Part shown: positions 22,309 through 33,067 of the stretch, in pieces
Numbering within the stretch: the stretch's first letter is position 1
Layout: each line of letters begins with the position of its first letter
Assembly (NCBI RefSeq): GCF_001194135.2
Contig: NC_068986.1
Span: 44,981,333-45,015,668, forward strand
Reading direction: 5' to 3'
Source: Octopus bimaculoides
Taxonomy: Eukaryota
DNA: 34,336 nucleotides
The notes under the pieces: model-generated
The model's input: the letters and a program-made list of their open reading frames with translations, nothing else
The model's database searches: none
Told to the model about the DNA's origin: nothing
Program-made: the position numbers and the translations under genes

Positions 22309-22528
22309 CCCTTTCGTTACCAACCTGGCTGAAACCGGCTCTGGCTCTGAGTATAAATGTCTTGTTTTCATAAGTTTTGAATTAAAATCTTCCACCAAAC
22401 CTTAGTCACAATTTATGTTACTAACATTAGCTGAATGATAACTAAGTTATTTTACTAAATTCTTTGTTATATTTAAAGTAATTGAAAGAAACACAGAACA
22501 TCTCAAAATAAATACAGTAACTAAAGGG
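22309..22528. mobile_element. piggyBac-like MITE
   Basis: TTAA TSD at 22305-22308 and 22529-22532. TIRs ccctttcgttac / gtaactaaaggg match 11/12. Confidence 0.85.
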
Positions 22529-23064
22529 TTAAAGTTTTGAGTTGAAAATTAAAAAATATATTTACAGCGATAAAATAAATAATATTTTTATTTGTTAAAA
22601 TTTCTTTTAATCCAAAACAGTTCTTTTAAAATTATCAGGCCTTCTTTTGATTTATTGGGCCCTTTTAGAATTAAAAGGCCATCATATTTAACTGACTCTC
22701 TCTGAATCTGCCAGGGTCTCCTTTTAAGTTTTAGGGCCTAATATGTAATGGGGCCTATTATATTATCTTATGTCTAAATTAACTCTTTTTTTTAAAGAGT
22801 ACCCTTTTAAAAATACTTTGAGATTGTGTTTTCTTTTGATATAATATGAAGACTGTAATGCATTGTCCAAACAAATGAATAAGGCAGTATTAACATGTCA
22901 AAAGCTATCAAATTGCTATCAACCATTAAAGTTATGGAATATGCAAAAAAACCTTTTTAGGAAAATATAAATTTGATATGAAATTATAAATCTTCTATGA
23001 AGTTAGATTATTTTACATTATATTTGTTTTTATAATGCACATTCCTTAATAATAGAAATAATAA

Positions 23065-23830
23065 TGATAATCCTTTCTACTAAAGGCACAAGGCTTGAAA
23101 TTTTGTGGGAGGGGACTAGTCAATTTAATTGACCCCAGTGTTTTGTTGGTACTTAATTTATCGACCCTGAAAGGATGAAAGGCAAAGTCGACCTTGGCAG
23201 ACTTCGAACTCAGAACATAACAACAGACGAAATGCAGCTAACCATTTTGCCCGGCATGCTAATCATTCTGCTATTTCGCCACAATAATAATATTAATAAT
23301 AGTTTCAAATTTTGGCCCAAGGCCAGCAATTTTGGGGAAGGGGTTAAGTCAGTTACTTGATCCCCAGTACTCAACTGGTGCTTTGTAGACTCTAAAAGAT
23401 GAAAGGCAAAGTTAATCTCAGCAGATAGATTCTTTCAGTTCACCACCTTAATAATAATAATAATATGTAGGGTTCCTTCAATAATTTTTTTTTTAAATAG
23501 CAAAGCCAAAATATAACACTGCAAACACCCAAAGAACACAGATCTGTGTGTGGTAGTGCAGTGAAAGTATACAATAAAAAATAAGACAACTGAATAATAA
23601 GTGTAATAATAAAAATAATCCTTTCTACTATAGACAGAAGGCCTGAAACTTTGGGGGAGGAGTTAAGTCGATTACATTGATCCCGGTACTCAACTGGTAC
23701 TTAATTTATCGAGTCTGAAAGAATGGAAGGCAAAGTTGACCTCAGCAGAATTTGAGCTCAGAATGTAAAGACTGACCAAATGCTGCTGAGCATTTTGCTC
23801 GGTATGCTAACAATTCTGCCATCTTGTAAT
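23065..23830 (-). mobile_element. Cluster of 3 same-orientation SINE family A copies
   Basis: Copies at about 23065-23285, 23290-23450 and 23615-23830, each adjacent to an (AAT)n run. Confidence 0.85.
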
Positions 23831-23990
23831 AATAATTGTAATATCTAACCTGTAGAGAATCTGGCACCAAATTATTCATTCAAATGTGTCAATATTTTCC
23901 TTTTATTTTTAATGTTGAAAACTAATCATATCTGTGATCATCATTGGTTGACATTCTGTCATGCCAAAAATTCTGCCACTTCTTTCTTAC

Positions 23991-24096
23991 TATGAGACTG
24001 GCCAGTTTTGGTAAAGTGAATATGAATTTCTTAGGGTGTAACCCATTCTTCTTCTCATTATCATTAAGTGTAGAGATAAACATTGAAAGACTAACA
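23991..24096 (-). CDS. Candidate internal exon (VSLSMFISTLNDNEKKNGLHPKKFIFTLPKLASLI)
   Basis: Acceptor ttatttgatgcag, donor ATA|gtaaga, 106 nt open. The frame stays open past the donor (VRKKWQNFWHDRMSTNDDHRYD*). No homology recognised. Confidence 0.25.
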
Positions 24097-24304
24097 CTGC
24101 ATCAAATAACAAATACAAGTCTATAAAAATTTATTAAAAAGCTCCCAAAAAACAGACGAGATTAAAATTTCATTATCAACAAAATAACATAATGAAGATT
24201 AGAAATTTTTTCAGAGTGATGAAATAAAGATGTACATTTTTGTCAATAATCACCTTTTATGAGATATTTTAATTAGAATATTATAATATATATATATATA
24301 TATA

Positions 24305-24845
24305 NNNNNNNNNNNNNNNNNNNNNNNNNNNNNNNNNNNNNNNNNNNNNNNNNNNNNNNNNNNNNNNNNNNNNNNNNNNNNNNNNNNNNNNNNNNNNNNN
24401 NNNNNNNNNNNNNNNNNNNNNNNNNNNNNNNNNNNNNNNNNNNNNNNNNNNNNNNNNNNNNNNNNNNNNNNNNNNNNNNNNNNNNNNNNNNNNNNNNNNN
24501 NNNNNNNNNNNNNNNNNNNNNNNNNNNNNNNNNNNNNNNNNNNNNNNNNNNNNNNNNNNNNNNNNNNNNNNNNNNNNNNNNNNNNNNNNNNNNNNNNNNN
24601 NNNNNNNNNNNNNNNNNNNNNNNNNNNNNNNNNNNNNNNNNNNNNNNNNNNNNNNNNNNNNNNNNNNNNNNNNNNNNNNNNNNNNNNNNNNNNNNNNNNN
24701 NNNNNNNNNNNNNNNNNNNNNNNNNNNNNNNNNNNNNNNNNNNNNNNNNNNNNNNNNNNNNNNNNNNNNNNNNNNNNNNNNNNNNNNNNNNNNNNNNNNN
24801 NNNNNNNNNNNNNNNNNNNNNNNNNNNNNNNNNNNNNNNNNNNNN
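24305..24845. other. Assembly gap
   Basis: N characters. Confidence 1.
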
Positions 24846-25811
24846 AATACTTCACAAAATGAAGCACAAAGAAAAATCTTTGCAGTGTATAAAATTAAAA
24901 TATATCAATCATGTTAAGTTTTTGGATTGCCTGTAAACCTATGTTTATGCTAAAAGTATGCTCAACCAAAGTTGATTGAGATTTTTCAATAACTGCGATT
25001 AATCAAAAAAAAAAAAAAAAACTTTTCATAGTTATTTAGGTAAGTTTGAATTCAAGACAGTCTCTAAAAAGGGTATTTGAATTCTGTGAATTCAAAGGAA
25101 AACCCTCAAATTCAATTGTTAAAATTTGTTATCAACAGAAGCAGTATTAGTTTGGAATAGCATTCTGTATATCTTAATGTGGATATACTGTAAGAAAGCT
25201 ACCACACAATATTAGTCTGCTACTGATACTTCTGTGCAAGCACTCTATGTCTATACAAAATGCTTAAGAAGAAACCAGTGTTGTGGCTTTCTTATAGTAT
25301 CCATGTTAAGTAAGATATACAGAATGCCAACTGTTAAACCTGTCAACGTGATGCTTATTTATTCATACTATTTTGAATTAATCATGCCTTATTTTGTGAT
25401 GATAACTGCAAGATAATACATGATGTGATGGTCTAGTTTTAAAATGACATTGTAAGGTAGGTGTGAGAAGCAGAATTGGCCAGTTTGAACATAAAACAAG
25501 TAGAATATTTGAGCTGGATATGACCAGTTTAAATGCTCAAGGGTCAACACAGTGTCTCAAAGATAGCAAATTAAATACTTGGAAGCAATTTATAAGCATA
25601 ATACATCAGGTTAGTGTTGTAAATCTGAGAAACTTTTTCCTGTTTATTCATTATACATTTCCAGATGAAAATAAGATTTCAGTTTTTATATGAGTTTGCA
25701 ACAAGTGCATCTAGTAACAACACTTGTTGAACTAACAATGATTTGCTTTGTATCCTTGCATTGAATATGGAAGTTAAAGTCATACATGGCAAGGCAACAG
25801 AGTCTATATTA

Positions 25812-26195
25812 CCTTTTACTTGTTTCAGTCATTGGACTGCGGTCATGCTGGGACACCACCTTGAAAGTTTTTAGCTGAATGAATTGACCCCAAGTAATAA
25901 TTTTTTAAAGCCTGATACTTATTCTATTGTCCTTTCTGGCTGAACAGCTAAGTTAAGGGGATGTAAACAAACCAACCCCAGTAGTCAAACAGTGGGGGAC
26001 GAACACAAGCAAAAAGACATGCACACATATATATGTACAGCAGGTTTCTTTCAGTTTCTGTCTATCAAGTCCACTCAAAAGGCTTTGGTCAGCCCAGGGC
26101 TATAGTGGAAGACACTTGTCCAAGGTGTCATGCTGTGGGACTGATCCCAAGGCCACATGGTTGGAAAGGAAGCTTCTTACCACATAGCCGTCCCC
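25812..26195 (-). mobile_element. Full family F SINE (head, microsatellite, tail module G)
   Basis: The plus strand shows module G, then CA/TA, then tttctttcagtttctgtct..gaagacacttgtccaagg..cttcttaccacatagcc. Confidence 0.85.
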
Positions 26196-26559
26196 TGCTA
26201 ATGACATTCAAATATATCTTTTTGTATTTGATAAAGAAAAAGAAATCTATTTTTAAAAGAATATATTTGGAGTTGTTTTAAGACTAATTTAAGCAAGAAA
26301 TCTTTGAAGCATAACTTAGATATTAATATAAGCAACTACAATAACTGGTGTTTCCTGATTTTAAACAATTTATAATTTCACTTAGTCAATACATTTATAT
26401 TCAGATATACTTCAAGTAAATTCATTTAACAGATTCCAAGAAGAAAATCTTCATCATCAGCAGCAATGCCACAATGACAACAATGACCACCACCACTATC
26501 ACCACCAACATTTAACTTATGTTGTCCATGCTGTAGAAATGAATTACGACATCACTGGT

Positions 26560-26722
26560 GCCAAGCTGATATCCTTTGGATAACATCAGTGATGTGGTGA
26601 GGGGAGGCTGGTATGCATGGGCGTCTGCTAGCCTTCCACAAATAATCTTGCCCGGACTTGTGCCTCGGAGGGTAAGTTTCTAGGTGCAATCCCATGGTCA
26701 TTCATGACCGAATGGGGTCTCC
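26560..26722 (+). mobile_element. SINE-like fragment retaining CpG
   Basis: GC-richer block (tgcccggacttgtgcctcggagggtaagtttctaggtgcaatcccatgg) following a (cac/cat)n tail. Family assignment is from recall only. Confidence 0.45.
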
Positions 26723-27051
26723 TCCTCCTATATGTATATGTATATGTATACAAAGGAATCAATTATTATTATTATTAGGTGTATTATATTATTCTTATTA
26801 GATAAAGTATAAAATATATATGAGAGAATTAGAGAGAGAGAGAGAGAGATGGGGTGTCAAACATAAAAAAATATATATCCCTGGTAACTAAAAGCTCAGT
26901 TAATAATAGGTTATGGAACTCCATGTTATCATATCACAATAAATCCAGGTGGAAAAAGCTTGCATGGGCATACATAATTGGCTAAAACAAGCAATGTATA
27001 TTTCGAAGTAAAAGCATAAAAGCTTATATTTCACTGATAGACCATAATTAC

Positions 27052-27203
27052 TTTCAACAGCTGTTTCATTATGAATAACTTTAATTCTAGAATTATGTAA
27101 TCAAGACAGTAATTAATTAATATAAATTAATTTATATTGTGTATCTCCATTATGTAATTATAGAATTAATGATGCTCATTCCTAATCAGACAGCTGTTGA
27201 AAT
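27052..27203. repeat. About 150-bp foldback palindrome
   Basis: ttcaacagctgt (27054-27065) and acagctgttgaa (27190-27201) are inverted. Internal arms ttaattcta(g/t)aatta match, and the centre is the perfect palindrome aatataaattaatttatatt. Confidence 0.75.
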
Positions 27204-27220
27204 TATAATACCAAACACAC

Positions 27221-27608
27221 TAAGCAGATACAGGATTGACCATTTTGATTGGTTAGGCCTTTGTTTTTCACTTTCAGTTACTTTGCTCTGTTGTTTATTT
27301 GGACACTTATTAAAGTGTCCAAATAATAGGTTTTTACTATTGACCAGTGATTTTGACATTGAATAAAATGATCCTGATTCAAAGAACTAAATCTGTTCTC
27401 TGCAGTACTATATTTACACTGTAGTTTTGTGCTAAGTGCTTTAAGGTATGTGAACACCAGGTAGTTGGTTGGGGGCCTCATGAGTCTAGGGCCCTAAATC
27501 TGATCCATGTATGTTTTGGCTGCTATTAATAAATATATACTATAAGGCATAGTGCATTGATTTGCCCGGAAGCCTACAATGCTGCTAAGACAATCCTGCA
27601 TGTGCTTA
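27221..27608. mobile_element. MITE-like element with 20-bp TIRs
   Basis: taagcagatacaggattgac versus the reverse complement of gacaatcctgcatgtgctta matches 17/20. Both ends are TA. Confidence 0.5.
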
Positions 27609-27647
27609 CGGTAAGGAATTAAAATTACACGAGACCCTCACCCTTTT

Positions 27648-27679
<32 letters not shown>

Positions 27680-27700
27680 GACATTAAACATTTATTTATC

Positions 27701-27897
27701 CAGAACTGTTGGCACGCCTGGCAAATGCGTGCGGCATTTCATCCGTCTTTACGTTCAGAATTCACATTCCGCCGAGGTCGATTTTGCCTTTCATCCTTTC
27801 GAGGTCGGCAAAATAAGTACCAATTGGGCACTGGAGTCGATGTTATCTACTTCACCCTTTCCCCGAAATTGCTGGCTTGTGTTAAAATTTGAAACCT
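27701..27897 (+). mobile_element. SINE family A, CpG-retaining
   Basis: ttccgccgaggtcgattttgcctttcatcctttcg..aagtacc..aaattgctggc..aaatttgaaacc. Confidence 0.85.
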
Positions 27898-28877
27898 GTA
27901 ATTTATTTTAAATTAAAATACGCGAGAGATGTGCTTGTGTCGCAATATGAAACTGAATTCTAATATAAAGTTTATCCAGATAGTTTTATATCGTAAGATC
28001 GTACGAGTGTAAATAAAATAAACTTTGAAGAACTGTTTTTAGGATTATTTTTTATAGTTTTTGCTTATAGATTAGGGAAAATATAACTCATCATTTGTCA
28101 TTTATTTTAACCTGCGCTAATGTCCTCGAAGAAAGTATTGAACATCATAACATCTTCCTTTTCTTAATAAATTTATGGCTTTGAATGTTGGTTGAAATAA
28201 CGTGAATATATTCAGACAGTGCCTTATTCATATAGTAATATTTAAATTTCATCAGGAATTCAAGAAATATGAAATCGGGAACTTTATAGTTACCGGATGG
28301 AATTACACTCACTTTTAAGTTAAATATTAAATAATTAAATCAGTAAAATATCAAGGAAATGTTATGAAGGGAGATAACCGTAAATGAATAGTCATTTTAA
28401 TTAGAAAAATTACACCACTACCACTTCTGCCAAAGTATATATATATATATATATATAACACAATGGAAAATGAAAAAAGAAAAGACAGAGGAAAGTAAAA
28501 GTGACCTATAAAAAGTCTGAGATTAAATTTTTTTATGAAACTATGAACCAAAGAAGTTTATTCATGACCCAGACACCAAGTGGGAATGTCAGCTCAGATA
28601 ACAGATGACACAGCACCCGTGTCGCAAATAAAAACAAAAACAAATACGTGCATTAGCTGAAAAGTATTACAGCTTCATATTTAATCTCTAAATCTACTGT
28701 AATGTTTTATTTTCTCCCTCGGACAAAGTGTTAACTCTTCTGGACAGATCAAATGAAATAGCTAAGTTGGCAGGCACAACCACAATATTAATAAGCACAC
28801 ACAAAGAAAAACAAGATATCGGTAGAATTGACGTACGTTAATTTATATTTAATTTGTTGAGAGTGCTAGTCACTTAC

Positions 28878-28955
28878 GTTTAGAGTAATGCCTCGGAATA
28901 ACACACTCGAAGTACACTGGATTTGCCATGCTTAAGAACCATACTATAGTTATTT
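28878..28955 (-). CDS. Candidate exon (ITIVWFLSMANPVYFECVIPRHYSK); could be a first coding exon from ATG at 28929
   Basis: Perfect donor C|gtaagt (intron starts at 28877), acceptor ttcggttcacag, 78 nt, phase 1-1. The ATG sits in the context agcATGg, within CpG-rich unique sequence. No homology recognised. Confidence 0.35.
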
Positions 28956-29285
28956 CTGTGAACCGAATAGATTACAGATGAATTTGTTACATGACCGGAG
29001 ATTTTTGGTGGTGATATTGTTTAGAAAAGTTATGCGGCCTTTGCAAGACTTTCTGAAGGGCACATCAATATTTTTAGTAGTGCGATCCGCGTGAAGATGA
29101 ATAATGTCGCATGCGGCTTGCTTCTTGGGAAAGATTGCTCAGGCCTTGCTTAAAGGATAACATGGTAGGTCACGATACTAATTTGTTTTGGTCCATTGAG
29201 ATTTGTTAATATGGATTTGCTGTTCAGCATAGTTTGGGGGCAGGTTGACGAAATTGAATATACAGCTATTTTTGGTGTGGTTAAG

Positions 29286-29580
29286 NNNNNNNNNNNNNNN
29301 NNNNNNNNNNNNNNNNNNNNNNNNNNNNNNNNNNNNNNNNNNNNNNNNNNNNNNNNNNNNNNNNNNNNNNNNNNNNNNNNNNNNNNNNNNNNNNNNNNNN
29401 NNNNNNNNNNNNNNNNNNNNNNNNNNNNNNNNNNNNNNNNNNNNNNNNNNNNNNNNNNNNNNNNNNNNNNNNNNNNNNNNNNNNNNNNNNNNNNNNNNNN
29501 NNNNNNNNNNNNNNNNNNNNNNNNNNNNNNNNNNNNNNNNNNNNNNNNNNNNNNNNNNNNNNNNNNNNNNNNNNNNNNNN
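29286..29580. other. Assembly gap
   Basis: N characters. Confidence 1.
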
Positions 29581-29858
29581 AGTTCCACGAAGCTCCTACA
29601 GGGGATGGTGGTGAACCCTGCTGTACTCTTTCACCACAACTTTCTCTCACTCTTACTTCTTGTTTCTGTTGTGCCTGTAATTCAAAGAGTCAGCCTTGTC
29701 ACACTGTGCCACGCTGAATATCCCCGAGAACTACGTTAAGGGTACATGTGTTTGTGGAGTGTTCAGCCACTTGCATGTTAATTTCACGAGCAGGCTGTTC
29801 CGTTGATCGGATCAACTGGAACCCTCGACGTCGTAAGCGACGGAGTGCCAACAACAAG
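29581..29858 (+). mobile_element. tRNA SINE family C, 3' part (head lies in the gap)
   Basis: Closely matches 20350-20613. Confidence 0.9.
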
Positions 29859-30374
29859 AAATCCATGGTATTATAACAGGGTCTGATGGGTGCTTAGATA
29901 TTGTTTAGGCTGCGTGTTGTTTCCATATTAAACCAAAATTAACAGAAAATTTCTTGTAGTAATTTCCCAACACTGTGTAAGCATTTGAACATAATTTACA
30001 GTGTTGCATTAATATGAAAGGATGTTCATGCATTACAATTAATGGAACAAGTAAGGTGGAAATAGCATAATGTGACATGTAAGGAAAATGTCTGTTCGAA
30101 GTTTAACACTTGGGCTGGTTTTGACATATTAAGTAAATATACTAGTGTTGTGTCAAATCCTCGATTGAAAAGCAGCCGTTAGAACAGCTATAGAGAGAGT
30201 TTAACTCGAAACGCGACCCAAGACACTATAAGACTGAGGAGATTTGAGACCGTCATCATACCGGCTCGGATGTCTCGACACTGCTATTTCTTTATCAGGC
30301 ACGAGGGAGAGCGAGGGAAATCGGAGGGACAGAGGGTAGGAAAGAAAGAGAGAGAGAGAATTGCAACAGCATCT

Positions 30375-30520
30375 GGTTGGTACTCATCTGCAGCTGAGCT
30401 AACTTTAGCAACATAAAACGAAGTGCCTTGCTCAAGGACACAGCTTGTCATCCAGTCCAGGCATTGAACCCACGACCTTATTTTCATGCACAGGACATTC
30501 TAACTAAAAAACCAAGCGCA
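30375..30520 (-). mobile_element. tRNA SINE head fragment
   Basis: Minus strand: gtcgtgggttcaatgcc B-box and tgtgtccttgagcaaggcactt core motif, similar to 13960-13990. Confidence 0.6.
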
Positions 30521-30830
30521 TTCATTATTTTTAGGTAGAGAGCCAATTTTGGTGGGAACTGAATTGAAATAGTATAATACAGGTGTTATTTCACTGAACT
30601 AGTTATAAAGGTAAATTTGACCGAACGGGATTTGAATTCAAAATCAATGGAGACGAAAATAGATACTATAATACGTTTACTCTGTGACTGTATTGAATCA
30701 GACATACTGGACATACAATATTGGTTTGTTTTTAATTATTTTAGAAGAGAAACGGGAATTGTGATTTTCCTGCCATTCTGAAAAGGCAGCAGTTATGAAA
30801 TCAAGGAGCAATAAGTTAAATAATTATTTA

Positions 30831-31272
30831 TTCGTTATTAACGACGGTAGAAGTATAAGTTCAAAATAGCAATCTGTATGTCATACTTAAAGCAGATATA
30901 TTGTTGAAAGCCAGCTAATCTGCAGTATTCGTCTCGAGAAAGCATCTCTTATAGAAACATAGTTTCAATAAAGAACAAAAAAAAACCCCGAATATATCAG
31001 CAGCAGATAAAAATCACCCAGAAGTGTTGCTAAATACGTATTTCTGCTTCTTCGAGCTTCGTCAGAAGCACCCATGCTAAGCAAAAATCGGTCGCTAACT
31101 GTTGTACTTAAACAGTGATAGAAAAGTCAACGACGTCATATTTAACCGTCAGGCTGAATTTAAAATTTCGTTATTGGTGGCGGAAGCAGTTTTAGTTCAA
31201 AATAGCAATATGTATATCATACTTAAAGCAGATATTTTATTGAAAGCTTGCTAAAACAGTGGTATTCGCCTC
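30831..31272. repeat. Direct repeat pair of about 105 bp (30831-30935 and 31167-31272)
   Basis: ttcgttatt..gaag..agttcaaaatagcaat(c/a)tgtat(g/a)tcatacttaaagcagatat..tgaaagc..gtattcg occurs twice, 336 bp apart. Confidence 0.8.
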
Positions 31273-31827
31273 TTGTATGAACTAACATTTTTTTTATGGA
31301 TTGATTGTTGCTGCCACAGACCCATAACCTGTACCCTCGAGTTCCAGATTATATCATATTTTCCGGAATACAATTCGAAATTTTCAAACTAAAATTTACA
31401 GCCGAAAGAGGTTGGCCGACTTATACACACGGATTACTTTGAAGGACCCAAAATTCCATGTGAAATGCAATAGGATTTGGTCAGATAGCAAGGATGTTTG
31501 AATGTTAACACTACATGTTTACACTATATACTACGTCGACTTGTATGTCCGAAAATACGGTACTAAATATGACTTTTGCAACTATATTTTTCCCTGCTGT
31601 ATCAAGCTTTCTGGCCGTTCTGCTTCAATTGGCAGCCAAATTTCCTTCCAACTACACGCAACTGGTTTTTAAAAAAAAACAGTGACAGTTGGATATTGTT
31701 TAGAGTGCACTATGCATCAGAAAAAAATTTAAGCCCCAGCCATCCAAAAAATTGCGATGTTGGCTTGAAGGTTTTTGCTCATAGGCTTGATCCTTCATGG
31801 TTTATGAACAATGGTAACCAGTATTCT

Positions 31828-32064
31828 TATTTCTTTACTGCCCACAAGAGGCTACACATAAAAGGGACAAACAAGGACAGACAAACGGATGAAGTCGATT
31901 ATATCGACCCAGTGCGTAACTGGTACTTATTTAATCGACCCCGAAAGGATAAAAGACAAAGTCAACCTCGGCGGAATTTGAACTCAGAATGTAGCGGCAG
32001 ACGAAATACCGCTAAGCATTTCGCCCGGCGTGCTAACGTTTCTGCCAGCTCGCCGCCTTGACAG
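31828..32064 (-). mobile_element. Young full-length SINE family A with 16-bp TSD
   Basis: TSD tggtaaccagtattct at 31812-31827 and 32065-32080. CpGs are intact and the head reads ggcggcgagctggcagaaacgttagc. Confidence 0.92.
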
Positions 32065-32250
32065 TGGTAACCAGTATTCTATCTAAGATGTGCGCACACG
32101 TTTTACAATTAGGAAAAGAAAAATGCACGCGCACAAAGTTTTCGAGATGAAATCGAATCTGTTTATTATTTTATTTTTTTTGTGAAGCAGTTATTTGAGG
32201 GACGACATGCGAACATATTTTGAAAAGAAAGACAAAACTTGCGTTGTATG

Positions 32251-32987
32251 NNNNNNNNNNNNNNNNNNNNNNNNNNNNNNNNNNNNNNNNNNNNNNNNNN
32301 NNNNNNNNNNNNNNNNNNNNNNNNNNNNNNNNNNNNNNNNNNNNNNNNNNNNNNNNNNNNNNNNNNNNNNNNNNNNNNNNNNNNNNNNNNNNNNNNNNNN
32401 NNNNNNNNNNNNNNNNNNNNNNNNNNNNNNNNNNNNNNNNNNNNNNNNNNNNNNNNNNNNNNNNNNNNNNNNNNNNNNNNNNNNNNNNNNNNNNNNNNNN
32501 NNNNNNNNNNNNNNNNNNNNNNNNNNNNNNNNNNNNNNNNNNNNNNNNNNNNNNNNNNNNNNNNNNNNNNNNNNNNNNNNNNNNNNNNNNNNNNNNNNNN
32601 NNNNNNNNNNNNNNNNNNNNNNNNNNNNNNNNNNNNNNNNNNNNNNNNNNNNNNNNNNNNNNNNNNNNNNNNNNNNNNNNNNNNNNNNNNNNNNNNNNNN
32701 NNNNNNNNNNNNNNNNNNNNNNNNNNNNNNNNNNNNNNNNNNNNNNNNNNNNNNNNNNNNNNNNNNNNNNNNNNNNNNNNNNNNNNNNNNNNNNNNNNNN
32801 NNNNNNNNNNNNNNNNNNNNNNNNNNNNNNNNNNNNNNNNNNNNNNNNNNNNNNNNNNNNNNNNNNNNNNNNNNNNNNNNNNNNNNNNNNNNNNNNNNNN
32901 NNNNNNNNNNNNNNNNNNNNNNNNNNNNNNNNNNNNNNNNNNNNNNNNNNNNNNNNNNNNNNNNNNNNNNNNNNNNNNNNNNNNNNN
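32251..32987. other. Assembly gap
   Basis: N characters. Confidence 1.
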
Positions 32988-33000
32988 AAAACTCCCAATT

Positions 33001-33067
33001 CTAACCGTAACACTAAAACTCTAACCCTAACCCTAATCCTAAAACCCTAACCCTAAAACCCTAATCC
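33001..33067 (+). repeat. Degenerate interstitial telomere-like (CCCTAA)n repeat
   Basis: About 10 units such as ctaacc, ctaatc and ctaaaacc, immediately right of the gap. Confidence 0.75.

Noticed and set aside
25463-25693. 76-aa plus-strand ORF (MRSRIGQFEHKTSRIFELD...)
   Set aside because: Non-ATG start, weak acceptor and no recognisable homology. It cannot be supported, though it cannot be excluded.
24846-28955. Fleeting peptide resemblances (LHFVK to PIGH; VIPRHYS to the HPS5 N-terminus or alkaline ceramidase)
   Set aside because: Only 4-6 residue matches, and no further exons of these genes were found in the window. No gene symbol was assigned.
849-33050. Long ORFs in the track that span N-runs (849-1472, 888-1508, 24250-24867, 29150-29739, 32171-33050)
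   Set aside because: They are artefacts of translating through assembly gaps.
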